NCBI GenBank assembly: GCA_025782575.1
Contig: JALGYY010000009.1
Span: 99,512 to 163,511 of the forward strand
From: a bacterium
GTDB lineage: Bacteria; Orphanbacterota; Orphanbacteria; Orphanbacterales; Orphanbacteraceae
Direction of reading: 5' to 3'
DNA: 64,000 nt
Shown: piece by piece, positions 17,253-29,037 of the stretch
How positions within the stretch are numbered: the stretch's first letter is position 1
How the letters are laid out: the number at the start of each line of letters is the position of its first letter
The notes under the pieces: model-generated
What the model was told of the DNA's origin: nothing
The model's database searches: none
The model's input: the letters and a program-made list of their open reading frames with translations, nothing else
Position numbers and translations under genes: made by a program

Positions 17253-18944
17253 CTAGCTCGCCCCCCGGCCCGACTTCGAAACATACCCGCCAGTCTTCTC
17301 ATCCCACTCTAGATCACTGAAGTCATACGGGTCACCCACGTGCGGCGCCTCTTTGAAATTGTAGTACGGGGGAGGGGATGTCATGTGCCATTCCAGTGTG
17401 TTTCCCCCCCACGGGTTGGCGGGAGCCGGCTTACCGCTGACCAGGGATTTGACCAGGTAGTAAAGCATCAGGAAAAACGCGATCGCCATGAGATAAGATC
17501 CGGCCGTTGATATCTGATGGTAGATCGTAAACTCGTCCAGGTAGTGGTAGTACCGCCGGGGCATACCCTGGGAGCCCATGATGAACTGCGTGAAGAAGGT
17601 GGTGTTGAAGCCGATGAAGACGAGCCCGGCGGCGATCCGCCCGAGTTTTTCGTCGTACATCTTGCCGAACATCTTAGGCCACCAGTAGTGCAGGGCGGCG
17701 AGGAATGCGATCACTGTCCCGCCGAACATGGTGTAGTGGAAGTGAGCGACAATGAAGTAGGTGTCGTGCAGGTGAATATCCGTGGCGAGCGCTCCGAGAA
17801 AGAGGCCTGTCAACCCGCCGATCCCGAATGTGAACATGAATGTCAGCGCATAGATCATCGGCGTATCCAGATGAATGTTCCCTTTGTACATCGTGGCCAG
17901 CCAGTTGAACATTTTGATGGCTGTCGGAATCGAGACGCTGAACGTCAGCGCGCTGAATACGAAGTTGGCGAGCGCCGACTGGCCGCTCGTGAACATGTGA
18001 TGGCCCCACACAAGAAAGCTTAATATAGCGAGGGCGATCGAACTGAAAGCGATGAACTTGTAGCCGAAGATGTGTTTCCGGCTGAAGACCGAAAAGATCT
18101 CACTCATGATCGCCATGGCAGGAAGCACCATGATGTAGACCGCGGGATGGGAATAGAACCAGAAGAAGTGCTGAAAAAGTACGGGATCGCCGCCGAGTGC
18201 GGGATCGAAGATGCCGAAACCGAGCGTCCTCTCTACGATAAGAAGCAGAAGCGTGATTCCGAGTACCGGCGTTGCAAGCACCTGCATCACAGCCGTGCCG
18301 TAAATCCCCCACAGAAAAAGGGGCATCTTGAACCAGGTCATGCCCGGCGGGCGAAGCCTGTGAATCGTGACGAGGAAGTTGAGCCCCGTGAAGATCGAAC
18401 TGAAACCGAGAATGAAAGCGCCGGTCACCATCGATATGACCGCCGTATCGGTGCTCGTGCTGTAGGGCGTGTAGAAAGTCCAGCCAGTATCGGCGCCTCC
18501 CATGACGATCGAAGCGACGGCGAAGATGGCTCCGATCACCCAGAGGTACCAGCTCATGAGATTCAGCCGGGGAAAAGCGACATCTTTGGCGCCCAGCATG
18601 AGCGGAAGAGCGAAGTTGCCGAGAGCGGCGGGAATCCCCGGGATAAGAAACAGAAAGATCATGACGGCGCCGTGGAGCGTGAAGAGTTGATTGTATTGAT
18701 CGGCGTCGACGATCGTCTTCCCCGGCGTCAGTAGTTCGGTCCGGATAAGGAGCGCGAATATTCCACCGAGAAAGAATGAAAACAGAATACAGCCCAGATA
18801 CATGACGCCGATCCGTTTGTGATCGAGCGTCCCGAGCCAGGACATGATCCCTTTGCCGTGAGTCAGATAGTTGTCGCTCGATGCCTGGGCCGAAGAGTAG
18901 CCGGCGGCGGAATCGGCGGTAGTGGTGCTGTCAGAACCGTTCAT
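17253..18944 (-). CDS. ctaD: Cytochrome c oxidase subunit I
   Basis: Twelve-TM heme-copper oxidase catalytic subunit ([15 protein letters not shown]...; His ligands in GHHMFTSG and [12 protein letters not shown]). Confidence 0.92.
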   Translation of the reverse strand: MNGSDSTTTADSAAGYSSAQASSDNYLTHGKGIMSWLGTLDHKRIGVMYLGCILFSFFLGGIFALLIRTELLTPGKTIVDADQYNQLFTLHGAVMIFLFLIPGIPAALGNFALPLMLGAKDVAFPRLNLMSWYLWVIGAIFAVASIVMGGADTGWTFYTPYSTSTDTAVISMVTGAFILGFSSIFTGLNFLVTIHRLRPPGMTWFKMPLFLWGIYGTAVMQVLATPVLGITLLLLIVERTLGFGIFDPALGGDPVLFQHFFWFYSHPAVYIMVLPAMAIMSEIFSVFSRKHIFGYKFIAFSSIALAILSFLVWGHHMFTSGQSALANFVFSALTFSVSIPTAIKMFNWLATMYKGNIHLDTPMIYALTFMFTFGIGGLTGLFLGALATDIHLHDTYFIVAHFHYTMFGGTVIAFLAALHYWWPKMFGKMYDEKLGRIAAGLVFIGFNTTFFTQFIMGSQGMPRRYYHYLDEFTIYHQISTAGSYLMAIAFFLMLYYLVKSLVSGKPAPANPWGGNTLEWHMTSPPPYYNFKEAPHVGDPYDFSDLEWDEKTGGYVSKSGRGAS

Positions 18945-18957
18945 GGTTTACTCCAGC

Positions 18958-20031
18958 CTAATCCAGATCGTCCGTCGCCGAATCCGTCTCCGGCTGAGCC
19001 TCGGACTCGGTCGGAGTCTCGGTCTCAGCTTCTACGGCGCCGTAGGGCGACAATGACTTGATGAATGCGATGATCGCGGTGACTTCCTTGTCTTTCAAGC
19101 GGCCCTTGTATGTGGGCATGACCGGATCGAATCCGGCGACGATCTGCGACTGCGGATCGAGCATCGACTGGCGATAGTAGTTTTCCTCTGCCAGAACCGT
19201 GCTGCCATCTGTAAGTACGTGATCGATCCCGTAGGAATCCTTGAAGCTCGGCCCGATCTTGATCGTGCCGTCCAACGTGTGACACTGCTTGCAGCCCCGC
19301 TGTTTGTACAGGAGCTCTCCTGCTTCCGCAGGGGCCAGCTTGTCGAGAAATCCGGATGATTCCTCGAGCCAGCGATCGAATTCGCCCGTGTCGTGGACGA
19401 TCACCTGTGCCAGCATATCCGAATGGCCGGTGCCGCAATACTCGGCGCAGAAGATCTGATAGCTACCCGGCTTGGTCGCTTCGAACCAGGTCACGTTGTA
19501 ACGTCCGGGCACGATATCCCTCTTCACACGGAAAGCCGGGACAAAAAACGAATGAATGACATCTTCCGATGTCATGACGAGGCGAATCGGCCTGTCGACC
19601 GGGACGTGGAGATTTTCGGAAACATAGCCGTCAGGATAGGTGAAGTTCCAGGACCATCGCTGGGCCGTGACGCCGATCTCATAGGAGTTCGACGGAGGAA
19701 CCACGAGGTCCATGAAACCCTTATATCCATAGTAAAAAATGAAGAACAGAAGAATAGAGGGAATCACGCTCCAGGTAACCTCGAGAAGCGTGCTGTGGCT
19801 CGGTGAAGGCTGTTCCTTGTGGCCCGGTCTCGCCCGGTATCGGATAACGAACAGGATGGTCAACCCGACGATCAGCACAAAGAAGAACGTCGAGAGCCAG
19901 TAGATGAACATGAAGATCCAGTCGACGTTTTTCGCAGCCGTCGAGGCCTGTTCCGGCAACCAGAAAGTTTTCTCACCGTTCAGCAATGCCATGCCGAACA
20001 GGCTCGCCAGAAGATCAGTAAGCATACTCAA
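18958..20031 (-). CDS. ctaC: Cytochrome c oxidase subunit II with C-terminal cytochrome c domain (caa3-type)
   Basis: CuA site FCAEYCGTGHSDM; C-terminal heme-c motif CKQCH...M. Confidence 0.9.
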   Translation of the reverse strand: MSMLTDLLASLFGMALLNGEKTFWLPEQASTAAKNVDWIFMFIYWLSTFFFVLIVGLTILFVIRYRARPGHKEQPSPSHSTLLEVTWSVIPSILLFFIFYYGYKGFMDLVVPPSNSYEIGVTAQRWSWNFTYPDGYVSENLHVPVDRPIRLVMTSEDVIHSFFVPAFRVKRDIVPGRYNVTWFEATKPGSYQIFCAEYCGTGHSDMLAQVIVHDTGEFDRWLEESSGFLDKLAPAEAGELLYKQRGCKQCHTLDGTIKIGPSFKDSYGIDHVLTDGSTVLAEENYYRQSMLDPQSQIVAGFDPVMPTYKGRLKDKEVTAIIAFIKSLSPYGAVEAETETPTESEAQPETDSATDDLD

Positions 20032-20852
20032 GTCAAATCGCCTCTATGAGATGGCTTCTTCCGTTTTGCCTCGCGGCGCCAATACACGAAGAGCATCGTG
20101 CCGAGGCCGAGAACGGCCAAGTAGCCACCCCCCATCATGATCTTACGTGCCGCCGGAGTATAAATTCCCTTTGCAGAGTCGTAGTAATAGCAATACATCA
20201 GTATTTTGTCGAAAGCCGAGCCGTATTTCCCTTCCGATGCCTCCAGAAGGGCGAGACGCAGGTCTTTCGGGCTGTGCTCGATGCCGTACAGGTATCGGGA
20301 GATCCGGCCGTCGGGTGTGCAGACGAACAGACATGCCGCGTGAGCGTACTCTTTGCGCTCGTCATTCCAGGCGAATCCGAATCCCACCGCGTCGGTAAGC
20401 TCGGTGATTTCCTTCTCGCGGCCCGTAAGAAAATGCCAGCCCTTAACGGCGCTCGGCCGGCCGAATTCCTTGATGTAGTTCTGCTGTTTCAACTTTGCCA
20501 GTGTGTGCGATTCGAGTGGATCGATGCTCAGTGTAACGACCTCGTATTCCTCGCCGGGCGTCCAGTTCAGGCCGCGCATGCCGTCCATCATTCCATTGAT
20601 CACGAGCCCGCAGAGCATGGGGCACCCGTAGTAGCCGAGGTTCAGGATTACCGGTCTGTTTTCCCGGTTGAAATAGTCCCCCAGCCTGATCATCTTGCCC
20701 AGCTGGTCCTCGAACTCGAGGTCGAGAGGGATAGAAGCATTCAGGTACTCTGTAATTCCCACGCCTTCCAGGTCGGCGGGAAGAGGTTCCTGCCGCTGGG
20801 ACCACGCGCTCGATGTCACTGTGAGAAGCAGGAGTGCAAGTATGCGAAACAT
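20028..20852 (-). CDS. SCO1/SenC family copper chaperone
   Basis: Thioredoxin-like fold with the Sco motif CPMLC plus a conserved His. Signal peptide and a C-terminal TM. The 3' end overlaps the ctaC start by 4 bp. Confidence 0.8.
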   Translation of the reverse strand: MFRILALLLLTVTSSAWSQRQEPLPADLEGVGITEYLNASIPLDLEFEDQLGKMIRLGDYFNRENRPVILNLGYYGCPMLCGLVINGMMDGMRGLNWTPGEEYEVVTLSIDPLESHTLAKLKQQNYIKEFGRPSAVKGWHFLTGREKEITELTDAVGFGFAWNDERKEYAHAACLFVCTPDGRISRYLYGIEHSPKDLRLALLEASEGKYGSAFDKILMYCYYYDSAKGIYTPAARKIMMGGGYLAVLGLGTMLFVYWRREAKRKKPSHRGDLT

Positions 20853-21154
20853 CAGCGGGAATCTCCTCCGGCAGCCAGGTCACGCACGACAAGTTCCATG
20901 GCACGATCAATCGGAATACCGGCCCGGCCATCCGCTTCGCTGACCCATCGATAACGGTTCTGATCGGCCTGCTGCTTGGTACGCAGAATGGCAATCTCCT
21001 CCGGGGCCACGGTTTTCCGTACGATCTCCGCGTCTTCAATCCTGTAGAACATCGCCTGGAGCGCGATTACGCTGGCGACCGTCACGATCGCACCGACCGA
21101 AATCCAGATCCCCGTCCAGATCGGATTCGGATCGTTTCCCGTTAGCAGAGCCAC
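20852..21154 (-). CDS. Small single-TM membrane protein between actF and SCO (possibly ActG-like)
   Basis: 100 aa with one hydrophobic helix. Position matches the small accessory subunit found in some ACIII clusters. Confidence 0.4.
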   Translation of the reverse strand: MALLTGNDPNPIWTGIWISVGAIVTVASVIALQAMFYRIEDAEIVRKTVAPEEIAILRTKQQADQNRYRWVSEADGRAGIPIDRAMELVVRDLAAGGDSR

Positions 21155-21165
21155 GTCGAAATCTC

Positions 21166-22368
21166 CTAACTGTTCTCGAATGCGAGCGAATCCGATAGTC
21201 GTGGATCCTTACTCGGAACGAGTGAAGCCCGGCCCAGGCGGCGTGCCGCAACCGAAATCCACAGCCCGCCGATCGCGAGGAACAGTGTTAAGTCAAGCAG
21301 ATGGAACGACACGCCGTTGTTGAACCACTCGGGCATGGCGATCCAGTAAATATCAATCCAGTGAACGGCCAGGACATACAGCGCAATAAAGCGAAGCAGT
21401 GCGGAACGCCGCTTGGGGATCCGCGAAAGGAGTCCGAGAAACGGAACGACGAAATGGCCGAACAGAATAAACCAGGTGACGGGCGTCCAGGAACCGGTCT
21501 GTCGATGGAGGAACCAGACCGTCTCTTCCGGGATATTGCCGTACCAGTAGAGCATGTATTGCGAGAATCCGATGTACGCCCAGAATACTGTAAACGCGAA
21601 CATCAGCTTTCCGATGTCGTGGAAATGCTCCAGGGTGACCGACTGCAGTAGCCGCCCCTTCTTGTGGAGATAGTGAAAAATAAGCGCGAACATGGCGAAA
21701 CTGCCGAGTACGCTTCCTGCGAAGTAGTAAACCCCGAAGATCGTGCTGTACCAGTGCGGGTTGATCGACATGAGCAGATCAAACGACGCGAATGTGAGTG
21801 AGAACGCGAACAGGATCACCGACAGAGGGCTGAACTTCTCCATACGAAGGGTCAACTTGATGTCGCCTGTTTCATCCTGCTTGACTGAATTGGTGTAGAA
21901 GAACCGGGCGAGGCCGGCCCAAATCCCGAAGTAGAGGACCCAGCGGAGAATGAAGAACGTGCGATTCAGATAACCGAGTTTGCCTGCGAGGATTTCGTCA
22001 TCCACCGCATGGGGATCGAGCCAGTGAAACAGATGATCCATGCCGGCAATGACCGGAAGAAAGAGGATCGCCATGAGAAGGAAATTCGACGAAAGTACTT
22101 CGGCTACTCTTCTTACGACGACGCTCCAGCTTGCCCGAACGACATGCTGAATGATGACGAAGAAGAGCGCTCCCAGTGTGAGGCTCAAGAAATACCCGAA
22201 ATTAACTAGATAGGACTGGAAGAATCTCTCCAGTCCGCCGCCCAGCATGAAAGTGAGTATCAGGCTCGCGAGAATCCCGAAAACGCTCACGAAGAGGGCG
22301 TTCCGAGCGACATTCGGCGCGAGATCGCTGAACGATCGGTTCTCCTGACTTGTATCGATTATGCGCAT
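21166..22368 (-). CDS. actF: Alternative complex III subunit ActF (NrfD-like polytopic membrane protein)
   Basis: About 10 TM helices, paralogous to ActC. Probable start at MRIIDTSQ, which removes the overlap with actE. Confidence 0.7.
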   Translation of the reverse strand: MRIIDTSQENRSFSDLAPNVARNALFVSVFGILASLILTFMLGGGLERFFQSYLVNFGYFLSLTLGALFFVIIQHVVRASWSVVVRRVAEVLSSNFLLMAILFLPVIAGMDHLFHWLDPHAVDDEILAGKLGYLNRTFFILRWVLYFGIWAGLARFFYTNSVKQDETGDIKLTLRMEKFSPLSVILFAFSLTFASFDLLMSINPHWYSTIFGVYYFAGSVLGSFAMFALIFHYLHKKGRLLQSVTLEHFHDIGKLMFAFTVFWAYIGFSQYMLYWYGNIPEETVWFLHRQTGSWTPVTWFILFGHFVVPFLGLLSRIPKRRSALLRFIALYVLAVHWIDIYWIAMPEWFNNGVSFHLLDLTLFLAIGGLWISVAARRLGRASLVPSKDPRLSDSLAFENS

Positions 22369-22379
22369 CTTCTCTCGCT

Positions 22380-23024
22380 CTATCGAAGCTTGCTCTGCTT
22401 GGCCGCAGGCACATCGTCGATTGTGGCGTTCTGACTTCTCTGTAGGGCACGAATATAGGCAACAATCGCCCATCGATCTTCGGTTCCGATCTGTGTGCCG
22501 TACGCGGGCATACTTCGAATTCCGTTGCTGATCGTATTGAACAGATTCCCGACCGGTTTACTCCGGATGACATCGGAGTGATAGCTGAGCGGCGGGATCC
22601 ATATCCCTTCCCGCAGACTCTCGGCACGCTGCGAAACGATGCCGTTGCCGTCACCGGTGTAGCCGTGGCAGGGGAGACAGAAAATGTCGTAGCGCTCCCG
22701 CCCTCTCTGCATCATCCGGGAGGTCACTTCCATCGGGAAGTCCGTTGCCCACTCGCCGCCTGTCTTGCCACGGTAGAGGTGATCGTCCTCCTGAAGTTCC
22801 CCGCGAGGAATCGTCCCCGGCACGCGGGGTCGCATGGCCCGGCCGTCGGCGAAGAGGCCGTTCACCGCCTGGGCTTTGAATTTCGGCTGCTGATCCATGT
22901 CGAAGATAATCTGGGGCCGCGTTTCGGTTGACTTGGTCGAGCGAATCTTCGCCACGATCGCGAATGGAACGAGCGCCAGACAGAGCGTGATGATACCGAC
23001 AGGAAGAAACCAGCGGGGGATCAT
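22380..23024 (-). CDS. actE: Alternative complex III subunit ActE (monoheme cytochrome c)
   Basis: N-terminal TM/lipid anchor and a single CLPCH heme motif. Confidence 0.75.
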   Translation of the reverse strand: MIPRWFLPVGIITLCLALVPFAIVAKIRSTKSTETRPQIIFDMDQQPKFKAQAVNGLFADGRAMRPRVPGTIPRGELQEDDHLYRGKTGGEWATDFPMEVTSRMMQRGRERYDIFCLPCHGYTGDGNGIVSQRAESLREGIWIPPLSYHSDVIRSKPVGNLFNTISNGIRSMPAYGTQIGTEDRWAIVAYIRALQRSQNATIDDVPAAKQSKLR

Positions 23025-23563
23025 TCGTCCTCCTCCACTGTTTCGATCGCCGTGCCGCCGAGTGTTTCCAGAAATGCCCTGGTTTTCTCCAGATCAAATC
23101 GGGGGTCCTTCGCCTCGATGGAGATGAAGAACCGGTCGCTCGTCGCCCGGCGGAAGCGTTCGCTAGTGAAGAGCGCGTGATAAAGCTCGGGGAGCTGGTT
23201 CAGTGCGAGCATGCCGAAAAACGCCCCGAACGCGCTGAAAAGAATAGTCAATTCGAATGTCACCGGAATGAACGCCGGAATACTCCAGAGCGGCTTTCCG
23301 GAAACGAGATAGGGGTAGTCGTACGCGTTCATCCACCACTGGAGAAGCATAGCCAGAGTACATCCCATGAAACCGCCGCCGAAGACAAGCCAGGGAAGAA
23401 TACTCATCTTCATACCCATGGCGCCGTCCATACCGTGGATGGGGAAGGGGGTGTGGGTATCCCACTTTGTATAGCCCTCATCACGGACTTCTCTGGCTGC
23501 GTTAAGAATCGTCGTAACGTCCTCGAACTCGACGAGATATCCGAAGAGGCTCGGTTTACTCAT
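23021..23563 (-). CDS. actD: Alternative complex III subunit ActD (membrane subunit)
   Basis: 180 aa with 2 TM helices, located between actC and actE with 4-bp overlaps. Confidence 0.65.
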   Translation of the reverse strand: MSKPSLFGYLVEFEDVTTILNAAREVRDEGYTKWDTHTPFPIHGMDGAMGMKMSILPWLVFGGGFMGCTLAMLLQWWMNAYDYPYLVSGKPLWSIPAFIPVTFELTILFSAFGAFFGMLALNQLPELYHALFTSERFRRATSDRFFISIEAKDPRFDLEKTRAFLETLGGTAIETVEEDE

Positions 23564-24972
23564 CAGTGCCCCTCCTTTTCACCGCTGAGGTGGTGCACCG
23601 GATGGGCGGCGGGCATCACGTTCTTCAGTTCCGCCATGGCCACCATCGGCAGGAACCGGAGGAAGAGCAGGAAGAGCGTGAAGAAGAGGCCGAACGTTCC
23701 TGCGAATGTGAGGATGTCGACCCACGTCGGCCAATAGAAGCCCCAGCTCGACGGCAGGAAGTCACGACTGAGCGAGGTGACCACAATCACGAACCGCTCG
23801 AACCACATACCCACATTGATCAGGAAGGCGACAATCATCGTGACCACCAGACTTCGCCGCGCTTTCTTGAACCAGTAAATCTGCGGCACGATCACGTTAC
23901 ACGATGCCATTGTCCAATAGGCCCACCAGTACTCGCCGAAGGCGCGATTCTGGAATGTGAACTGTTCGTAAATATTTCCCGAGTACCAGGCCATGAAGAA
24001 CTCAATTGCGTAGGCGTAGCCGACCATCGACCCGGTGGCGAGCATGATCTTGTTCATGCTTTCGATGTGGCGCATGGTGATTATGCTCTTGAGACCGTAT
24101 AGCTGGCGAGCCGGAACGGCGAGAAAGACTACCATGGCGAATCCGCTGAAGATGGCGCCTGCCACGAAGTACGGCGGTAGAATCGTTGTGTGCCAGCCCG
24201 GTACCTGTGAGACGGCGAAGTCGAAAGAAACGACGGAGTGTACGGAAAGAACGAGCGGCGTCGCGAGGGCGGCGAGAAGAAGATAAGCACGCTCGTATCG
24301 ATGCCATTGTCTGTTGGAGCCACGCCATCCGAGTGAGAGCAGGCCGTAAACGAAACGCCTGGTCGTACCGGTCGCCCGGTCACGAATGGTGGCGAGATCG
24401 GGGATCATCCCCATGTACCAGAAGATACTCGAAACCATGAAGTAGGTGCCGACGGCAAAGACGTCCCACAGAAGGGGGCTTCGGAACTGCGGCCAGACTC
24501 CCTGCTGGTATGGGATGGGGAACATCCACCAGGCGAACCAGACACGGCCGACGTGGATGCCGGGAAATACGAGTGCGCAGATGACGGCGAAAATCGTCAT
24601 CGCCTCGGCAAACCGGTTGATCGCCGTGCGCCACTGCTGTCGGAACAGGAACAGAATCGCCGAAATCAGCGTCCCCGCATGGCCGATCCCGACCCAGAAG
24701 ACGAAGTTGACGATCGCAAAGCCCCAACCTACCGGAACGTTAACGCCCCAGACGCCGATCCCAGTCCAGAACAGGTACACGATCATGGCGAATAGAACGA
24801 GCGTCATTATCGACGAGATGGCGATCGATATGAACCAGATCAATGGAGGCCGTTTGGCCTCGATTACGCCGCAGACCGCATCGGTTACCGATGCGAAATC
24901 ATGACCGCCCTGGACGAGCGGCTCACCTCTGATCGGGTCGGGCTCGACCTGGCTAGCTGTGGCTATGCCCAT
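23563..24972 (-). CDS. actC: Alternative complex III subunit ActC (NrfD/PsrC family quinol-interacting membrane subunit)
   Basis: 469 aa, about 10 TM helices, NrfD-family architecture, directly downstream of actB. Confidence 0.8.
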   Translation of the reverse strand: MGIATASQVEPDPIRGEPLVQGGHDFASVTDAVCGVIEAKRPPLIWFISIAISSIMTLVLFAMIVYLFWTGIGVWGVNVPVGWGFAIVNFVFWVGIGHAGTLISAILFLFRQQWRTAINRFAEAMTIFAVICALVFPGIHVGRVWFAWWMFPIPYQQGVWPQFRSPLLWDVFAVGTYFMVSSIFWYMGMIPDLATIRDRATGTTRRFVYGLLSLGWRGSNRQWHRYERAYLLLAALATPLVLSVHSVVSFDFAVSQVPGWHTTILPPYFVAGAIFSGFAMVVFLAVPARQLYGLKSIITMRHIESMNKIMLATGSMVGYAYAIEFFMAWYSGNIYEQFTFQNRAFGEYWWAYWTMASCNVIVPQIYWFKKARRSLVVTMIVAFLINVGMWFERFVIVVTSLSRDFLPSSWGFYWPTWVDILTFAGTFGLFFTLFLLFLRFLPMVAMAELKNVMPAAHPVHHLSGEKEGH

Positions 24973-27900
24973 TCGTTGACTCCGTGCCGAGTGCCGAGTT
25001 CGGGTTCTTGATACGCGCCAGGAAGGCGTTTCTTGGCCGCACGTTCAGTTCCTCGAGCATGTAGTAGGACCGTACGTTCGCATGGCTTTTGGCCACCCGG
25101 CTCCCCTTGTCGGTAAGATCGCCGAATTCGATCGCCCGGGAGGGGCATGCCTGAGCGCACGCCGATGTGATATCGCCATCCTGAATCGCCTGCTTGTTGT
25201 TCTTCTTCACAATCTTGACGGCCTGGATCCTCTGCACGCAGAACGTACACTTCTCCATCACTCCACGCGCGCGCGGTGTCACGTCGGGGTTGTATACCAT
25301 CTTTTCCGTCTCGCTGAGATGCTTTTGATTATTGAAGAAGTTGAATCGTCTGACTTTGTAAGGACAGTTGTTCGAACAGTATCGTGTGCCGATGCAGCGG
25401 TTGTAAGTCATGTCGTTCAGCCCTTCGGTGCTGTGCTGAGTGGCGCCCACCGGACATACCTGCTCGCAGGGAGCGTTCTCGCACTGCTGGCAGGTGACGG
25501 GCTGATTCAGCACCTCAGGCTCGTTCGCATCGCCGCTGAAATAACGATCGATCCTGAGCCAGGCCATTTCCCGCCCCCTCCGGACCTCGTCCTTTCCGAC
25601 AACGCTGATGTTGTTTTCCGACTGGCACGCGACGACGCACGCGTTGCAGCCGTTACACTTGGCCAGATCAATCGACATGCCCCACGCATGGCCGTCGTAT
25701 GAGAGCTCCTTGAAGAGCTGTGTCAACGGCGGGATGTGCTGCTTGTGCACGGCGTGCCGCGGATCGTGCTCGTATTCGGCCAGGGTCGCTTCGCGAACGA
25801 GTGAGGAGAGCCGGTCGGCCCGGCCTTTACGTCCGATGTCGTCGATCAGATAGTGAGACTGTGTGGTGGCCAGTTTGTAGCGACCGCCCATCTTGCTGAT
25901 GTCGGCAGCGGCTACCCAGAGATGGTCGCTCGTCCGGAGGGTGTATGTGTTCGATCCGACTCCGTCTCCCACATGGCCGGCGGCCGTCCGGCCGTAGCCG
26001 AGCCAGACGCCGATCGAACCCTTCGGCTGGCCGGGCATGACGTAAACGGGAAGCTCGATCTCCTTGCCCTGGTGCTTCAGTTTGACGAGGTCTTCAGTGG
26101 TGACCCCCAGCTCTTCCGCCGTGGCGGGAGCGATAAGGGCCGCATTGTCCCAGGTCAGCTTGGTCAGATGATCGGGCGTCTCCTGAAGCCAGCCGTTATT
26201 GGCATAACGGCCATCGTAGACAGTTGAATCGGCGCAAAAGACGAGGTCGAGCCCGTCGTGTGAATCGACGACCTTTCTCGATACCGCGGCGACAACAGCC
26301 GGGGTGATCAGATCGGCCTGGATCGATGGAAATTCTGACCCTCCCACAACGCCGTCATGGATCGCTTTCCGCCACTTTTTTTCGAAGTCGAGGCTGTTTC
26401 CGAACGAATCCGCCAGAGTACGCCGAACGATAGAGTGACCATCGGCAGGCTCTTCACCGATCACGAGGGCGAGTACTTCAATCGCCGATTTTCCGCCGTA
26501 GAGAGGTGCGATCAGCGGCTGAGCGGTCGACCACGTTCCATCCCAAGAGCGGGCGTCCCCCCAGGACTCCAGGTAGTGGGCTCGCGGCAGATGCCAGGAG
26601 CAGATCCTGGAAGTTTCATTCCGGTGAAGGCTGAGATGAATGGTCTCGCCGACCTTTTCCAGTTTTGCTTTGAAATCGAGGTCCGCCGGGGCGTCGTATG
26701 CCGGGTTGCCTCCCAGAATCACGAGCGTGCTGACGCGACCGGCTCCCATATCGGTGGCCAGGGCGGAGATTGAATCGCCATGGCTCTCGCGGTCGCGATC
26801 GACGTCCTGGACGAGCCGAATGGTCTTCCCGTTATTTCCAAGGGCATTGTTTATGAGGTGGACGAGCGCATGAAGCGCAGCCGGCTGGCGCGGACCGGTC
26901 GTCACGATCGAGCGGCCCTTATGATGGGCGAGGTCAGCTGCGAGAGCCTTTACGAGGTCTTGGGGATAGTGTCCCCCGTCCGGGCGAATTCCCTCGGGAA
27001 TCGCGATGCCGTTCGTTCGAAGGGCGGCTGCGAGAGCGAGGGTGAATTGCCAGATATCGCTCTGCCGGAGGGGGGTCCGATGATCCGCTACAGAGCCTGT
27101 ACCTGTAATCCCGTTCTCCACCACAAAGAGCCGGTTCATCTCCCCATTGTCTGGATCGCGGCGACCGAAGAAATCGCGGGCATTCTTGAGGGCGGTCGGG
27201 CCTGATCCCAGGAAATCATCATCAATGGCGGCGACCACGTCGGCCTTGTCATAATCGGGTATCACGCGGTGAGGTGTGCCGTAGGCGATGCGGGCACCGT
27301 CCCTGGCGTTATCGCCTGAAAGCGGCTCGTATTCATACCATCCGGCGTTCGGGTAGGTCCGGGTAAACCGGGACCTCATATCCGCCAGGCTGGGTGAGCT
27401 GCTCGCCTCGGTAAGAATGGCGAGGCCTTCTCCGCCCTCCTCCCAGAGATCGGCGGTCCTGGTACGTATGAAGCTTCGAAACTCGTCCCAATCGGGGAGC
27501 ACTTCCTGGCCGGCAGTCCGGCGGACGAGGGAGCGGCTCCGATCGGGGTCATACAGATCAAGAAGGCTCGCCTGCGCGAAAAGACCGGTTGCTCCCAGGC
27601 TGGCGGGATGGAGCGGGTTTCCCTCGATCTTAACCGGGCGTCCGTCGTAACTCTTTACCAGTATTCCGTTTGCGACCCCTCCGAGTTCGAATGTCGACGC
27701 GAATTCCTCAGGAACGCCCGGCACCATCCCCTCGGGCCTGTTGGCGTAAGGGACGATCGTCTCCTTCGGCCATTTGCAGCCGGAGAGGCCGGTCATCGCG
27801 ATGGACGCGCCCATAAGCTGGAGAAACCGGCGTCTGCTGAAATCCTGTGGCGGGCTATCCGCCCCTTCAGGAAACTCGCGCTTCATGATTTCCCGGCACT

Positions 27901-27973
27901 CGGGCGTATTGGCCAGCTCGTCGAGAGTGCGCCAGTAATCCCGCTCTTGTCTGGAATCGGCTATCGATGACAT
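24953..27973 (-). CDS. actB: Alternative complex III subunit ActB (molybdopterin-oxidoreductase-like domain fused to a 4Fe-4S ferredoxin domain, Tat signal)
   Basis: Twin-arginine signal [20 protein letters not shown]. Large MopB-like domain, then a C-terminal 4x[4Fe-4S] region ([11 protein letters not shown]..., [37 protein letters not shown]). Confidence 0.85.
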   Translation of the reverse strand: MSSIADSRQERDYWRTLDELANTPECREIMKREFPEGADSPPQDFSRRRFLQLMGASIAMTGLSGCKWPKETIVPYANRPEGMVPGVPEEFASTFELGGVANGILVKSYDGRPVKIEGNPLHPASLGATGLFAQASLLDLYDPDRSRSLVRRTAGQEVLPDWDEFRSFIRTRTADLWEEGGEGLAILTEASSSPSLADMRSRFTRTYPNAGWYEYEPLSGDNARDGARIAYGTPHRVIPDYDKADVVAAIDDDFLGSGPTALKNARDFFGRRDPDNGEMNRLFVVENGITGTGSVADHRTPLRQSDIWQFTLALAAALRTNGIAIPEGIRPDGGHYPQDLVKALAADLAHHKGRSIVTTGPRQPAALHALVHLINNALGNNGKTIRLVQDVDRDRESHGDSISALATDMGAGRVSTLVILGGNPAYDAPADLDFKAKLEKVGETIHLSLHRNETSRICSWHLPRAHYLESWGDARSWDGTWSTAQPLIAPLYGGKSAIEVLALVIGEEPADGHSIVRRTLADSFGNSLDFEKKWRKAIHDGVVGGSEFPSIQADLITPAVVAAVSRKVVDSHDGLDLVFCADSTVYDGRYANNGWLQETPDHLTKLTWDNAALIAPATAEELGVTTEDLVKLKHQGKEIELPVYVMPGQPKGSIGVWLGYGRTAAGHVGDGVGSNTYTLRTSDHLWVAAADISKMGGRYKLATTQSHYLIDDIGRKGRADRLSSLVREATLAEYEHDPRHAVHKQHIPPLTQLFKELSYDGHAWGMSIDLAKCNGCNACVVACQSENNISVVGKDEVRRGREMAWLRIDRYFSGDANEPEVLNQPVTCQQCENAPCEQVCPVGATQHSTEGLNDMTYNRCIGTRYCSNNCPYKVRRFNFFNNQKHLSETEKMVYNPDVTPRARGVMEKCTFCVQRIQAVKIVKKNNKQAIQDGDITSACAQACPSRAIEFGDLTDKGSRVAKSHANVRSYYMLEELNVRPRNAFLARIKNPNSALGTESTNGHSHS

Positions 27974-28629
27974 GTCGAACAGTCCAGCGAAGGGTTAATT
28001 TGATTCTCCAGACGGAGTCGGCTCCCAAGGGCGATCTGATCTTCGGCGGGCGCATAGCCCATGGTGGTCACCACGTCTACCGGTCGCAGGTGATTCTCCG
28101 GTTCGCGGTGACAGTCGAGGCACCAGCGCATCGAGAGCCGCTGCTCCTGCGCCACCTGATCCATGTGGTCGATACGGCCGTGGCATGACTCACAACCGAT
28201 GCCCCGTGTGACATGGGCACTGTGATTGAAATAGACGAAATCGGGAAGGTCGTGAACCCGGACCCACTTGATCGGCATACCTGAATTGTGGCTCTCCCTT
28301 ACGGGGAGGAGCTTGGTCGACTCGGTCAGGATCGATGCGTGGCAGTTCATGCACACCTCTGTAGGCGGGATTGCCGCCGTCGCCGCATTTTCAACGGTAA
28401 AATGGCAGTACCGGCAGTCGATGCCGAGCTCACCGGCATGGAGCGTATGGCTATATTCCACCGGTTGCGGCGGCTGATATCCGCTCATCGTGGTGGTGGG
28501 ATTGAATGCATAGTAGATGAGAGCGATCAGATAGAGCGGCGCCACGGTCAAGCCCAGTCCCAGATGGGGTCTGATCGTGTTAGTCCACCGGGGGAAGCGG
28601 AACTGCTCTTTATGGGGACGCTCGTTCAT
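27961..28629 (-). CDS. actA: Alternative complex III subunit ActA (pentaheme cytochrome c)
   Basis: TM anchor plus five CxxCH motifs (CRYCH, CMNCH, CESCH, CLDCH, CSTCH). Probable start MNERPHKEQ; the upstream ORF-track extension is probably not coding. Confidence 0.8.
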   Translation of the reverse strand: MNERPHKEQFRFPRWTNTIRPHLGLGLTVAPLYLIALIYYAFNPTTTMSGYQPPQPVEYSHTLHAGELGIDCRYCHFTVENAATAAIPPTEVCMNCHASILTESTKLLPVRESHNSGMPIKWVRVHDLPDFVYFNHSAHVTRGIGCESCHGRIDHMDQVAQEQRLSMRWCLDCHREPENHLRPVDVVTTMGYAPAEDQIALGSRLRLENQINPSLDCSTCHR

Positions 28630-29037
28630 ACTATTCAGGGAATCTCTATCCGGCCGGGCTATGCGCACACGGCGCCACCGGAGATACCTGCGATGCAGAC
28701 CACAGTCCTCCGCTATCAGCGGTGACTGCGGTTCACCGGCAGTAGGATCCCACCCGTGCCAGTAGGGGCACAGGCTTAGCCTAAGACTGAGATTCCGGGT
28801 CTCTGCTCCCAAGTGCCTCCGGGAAGTGGCACGTGAAAATGTAGTCAGACACTCTGCTTATGATTCAGTTCCAGAAAGCTGATTCTATCGGCGGGTTTCT
28901 CAATGTTCAAGAAATTCTCTCAGAAAAATTCCATAAAGCGGACAGGGCGGGGGATCATCACTTTTGGAGAAGACTTGGAAACGTGGGCGGAGTCGACGTA
29001 GAGTTTGGGAGAGAGGCGAAAAGGGGCAAGAACCAGT

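Noticed and set aside
16395-18734. Long plus-strand ORFs (16395..17312, 16537..17043, 17517..18023, 18072..18734) opposite cox subunits III and I
   Set aside because: They are antisense to unmistakable heme-copper oxidase genes and have no domains. They are high-GC shadow ORFs.
20852-21154. Assigning the 100-aa membrane protein as ActG
   Set aside because: It is too short and divergent for a family call without a profile search. It is reported only as a hypothetical small membrane protein with a note.
28630-28812. N-terminal 61-aa extension of ActA given by the ORF track
   Set aside because: The ActA TM anchor and start are better explained by the internal Met (MNERPHKEQ). The extension lies in the AT-richer promoter region shared with the divergent NYN gene.
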